Of a DNA stretch of 63,981 nucleotides, positions 61,375 through 63,981 are shown piece by piece. The notes below the pieces were generated by a model. It ran no database searches. It was given only the letters and a program-made list of their open reading frames with translations, and was not told where the DNA came from. The stretch is taken from assembly GCF_004010195.1 (NCBI RefSeq), contig NC_057720.1, forward strand, positions 13,278,042 to 13,342,022. The letters are read 5' to 3'. Positions within the stretch are counted from its first letter, which is position 1. The number at the start of each line of letters is the position of its first letter. The DNA is from Chiloscyllium plagiosum. Taxonomy: Eukaryota. A program made the position numbers and the translations under genes.

Positions 61375-61830
61375 CTATGAGGAGGTTCACAAGAATGGTC
61401 CCAGGAATGAAATATTTAACATATGAGGAACATTTGAGGAGTCTGGGTGTATACTCAATGGAGTTCAGAAGGATAAGTGGAGATCTAATTGAAACTTACA
61501 GAATACTGAATGGCCTGGATAGAATGGAGAGACTAAGACCCGAGGGCACAGCCCTAGAGTAAAGGGAAGACCTTTTAGAATGGAGATAAGGAGAAACTTC
61601 TTCAGTCAGAGAGTGGGGAATCTATGGAATTAACTGCCACAGGAGGTTGGGGAGGCCAGGTCATTGAGTATATTTAAGGCTGAGATAGATAGGTTATTGA
61701 GTATCGTGGGGATCAAGGGTTACAGGGAGAAAGGGGGAGAATGGGGTTGAGAAACTTATCACTCCTGATTGAATGGCAGAGCAGACTTGAAGGACTGAAT
61801 GGCCTAATTTCTGTTCCTATGTCTTCTGGA
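61375..61830 (+). mobile_element. CR1 3' fragment (same family as 30301-33420)
   Basis: RRFTRMVPGMKYLTYEEHLRSLG..GDLIETYRILNGLD; tail ggcctaatttctgttcctatgtc. Confidence 0.88.
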
Positions 61831-62669
61831 CTCTAAAGTTTTATACTTATGGGCTCTAGTTTAGATCTGTGTCTACATTTTCTCCACTCCTATCCTATCA
61901 AATTCTTTTACTATTTCACAGCGCCCTTACGAGTGACTTGTCTGCCTTTCCTTATTCCCCAGCCTATCAGTCCTTCCTGATGGTTTAACCTCTCCATTCT
62001 GATTTCAATCTTTGTCAATGTTTTGTGAATCTTCCTCAGCACTGCAATATCCTTTTAATATCGCATGTGAGTAAGCAATAAAATAAATGATATTTAATTG
62101 ACAAATGACAGAAGGAGCTTAGTTTAATGCAAGAGAAGACGTTTGAAAAAGTATTTTTATGAACATTTGTGTGTTCATAAGCCCTGTGTATCGCAACATA
62201 TTATGAATCTTTGAATTGAAGTATTCTATAAAGAGTCCTTGAACAGCATAAAAGCCGATCAGTGGATGCCGTTATCACTAAATTAATGCTATAGAGCTTG
62301 ACAATTATAATTTGTTCATTAAAATGACAGCAGTGCACCATAATCCATTTAGACAAAAGCTTATTTGGAAACATCTTCAGGAGCTCTTTAATTCCAAGTG
62401 ATCAGCTGACTTTGAAGATGCACCAGGTGTTCACCTTCAGGAATGCACTTTGGGTAAACAGAATTTATCAGCCAGGCTAAAACTGACTTGCTTCCTTTTG
62501 GCCCAGATCAACGCAAAATAGGACTTGAACGTAGGTTCTGTACAGAGTACAAAATCAAACACTTAATTTATTAGCTGCATTGGATAATTCTAGACAACAC
62601 AGACACCAAAATGCTGTCTGATCATTTGGTGTTTTAGTATCCTGCGTCCGACAGCCAACAACTGACTTT

Positions 62670-63505
62670 AGTTAGGAGGCTTGTGACCAGTGGAGTGCCA
62701 CAAGGATTGGTGCTGGGTCCACGGCTTTTTGTCATTTATATAAATGATTTGGATGGGAACATAGGAGGCATAGTTAGTAAATTTGTAGTTGACACCAAAA
62801 TTGGAGGTGGAGTGGACAGCGAAGGAGGTGACCTCAGAGTATAATGGGATCTTGAACAGATGGGCCAATGGGCTGAGGAGTGGCGGATGGAATTTAATTT
62901 AGATAAATGTGAGGTGCTGCATTTTGGAAAGGCAAATCAGGGCAGGACTTATACACTTAATGGTAAGATCCTAGGGAGTGTTGCTGAACAAAGAGACCTT
63001 GGAGTGCAGGTTCATAACTCCTTGAAAGTAGAGTCGCAAGTAGGTAGGATAGTGAAGAAGGCATTTGGTATGCTTTCCTTTATTGGTCAGAGCATTGAGT
63101 ACAGGAGTTGGAAGGCTGAGGGGTGACCTTATAGAGGTTTATAAAATCATGATAGGCATGGATAAGATAAGTAGACAAATTATTTTCCCTGGGGTGGGGG
63201 AGTCCACAACATGAAGGCATAGGTTTAGGGTAAGAGGGGAATGATATAAAAGAGACCTAAGGGGCAACGATTTCGCACAGAGGATGTACCTGTATGGAAC
63301 GAGCTGCCAGAGGAAGTGGTGGAGTCTGGTACAATTACCACATTTAAGACATCTGGATGGGTATATGAATAACAAGGGTTTAAAGGGATATGGGCCAAGT
63401 ACTGGCAATTGGGACAACATTAATGTAGGATATCTGGTCGGTATGGAAGAGTAGGACTGAAGGGTCTGTTTCCATGCTGTACATCTCCATGACTCTATGA
63501 CTGTA
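62670..63505 (+). mobile_element. HER1-type CR1 RT-to-3' fragment with internal deletion near 63111
   Basis: [30 protein letters not shown]; tail ccatgactctatgac. Confidence 0.9.
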
Positions 63506-63932
63506 TGGATAAACCAGGGGCAGGCAAGTTTGGTGCATGTGGAAACATTTCCCAAAGCTTGGACCTTGATTTTCCTTACAGCAAAATCCTAAAGCTGCTC
63601 AAATTCAAGAGGATTATTTTGATAAAAAATAATATGAGAAAGGGGGGAAATGGGAGATTGGCGCGAGGTAATGATTCTAGAGGTAATGAGCCAGTGCAGG
63701 TATGATTGAAGAATGGCCTCATCTTGAGCTGTATCTCTCCTGTGACTGTGAAATAGAAAGCATTCCATTTGAGGCTGCCCTTACTCCATACCTGTCCCCA
63801 CAGGTAGCCCACGCAAATCGTCGATGGCATTATTCCACCAGCTTGAACTGGGTGCAGAATAAGCTGAGGATAAATCCCAAGAGAATTAGAAGCTTCCACT
63901 TGTTAATATTCTTTCATAAATCTCTCTTGGGA

Positions 63933-63981
63933 TGTGTGTGTGTGTGTGGGGGGGGAAGAGTGTGTGGGGTGGGGTGTGTGT
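63933..63981. repeat. GT/G-rich microsatellite
   Basis: (tg)n and G runs at the window end. Confidence 0.8.

Noticed and set aside
1..63981. CRISPR arrays, rRNA or prokaryote-style operons
   Set aside because: No regularly spaced direct repeats or rRNA similarity; the sequence is intron-rich vertebrate DNA.

Overview
Vertebrate genomic DNA, almost certainly from a shark/elasmobranch (inferred from HE1-type V-SINEs and HER1-type CR1 LINEs). The only protein-coding gene I can support is the 3' half of HS2ST1 (heparan sulfate 2-O-sulfotransferase 1, + strand). It has four GT-AG exons (21790-21928, 28884-28981, 36602-36759, 41419-41645) and a probable ~2.75 kb 3' UTR; the upstream exons lie outside the window. 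Most of the rest is transposon debris: many CR1 LINE fragments (one retaining its 5' UTR and a Zn-finger/SGNH ORF1), a second CR1/L2-group LINE with a tail-sharing SINE, HE1 SINEs, Deu-type SINE/L2 remnants, a Rex1/Babar fragment, a Tigger-like MITE and a solo LTR, often nested several layers deep. The most interesting signal is about 14 short Penelope-derived inserts in at least three sequence families. Many are fold-back palindromes with 11-15 bp target-site duplications. They carry a minimal hammerhead-ribozyme core (CTGAnGA-A-stem II-GAAA, then palindromic ACGT/AGCT and a UH site) and repeatedly begin or fold back right at that core. One 127-N gap has duplicated flanks, and a few oddities may be assembly artefacts. 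Repeat boundaries were read by eye and are approximate unless a TSD is quoted.
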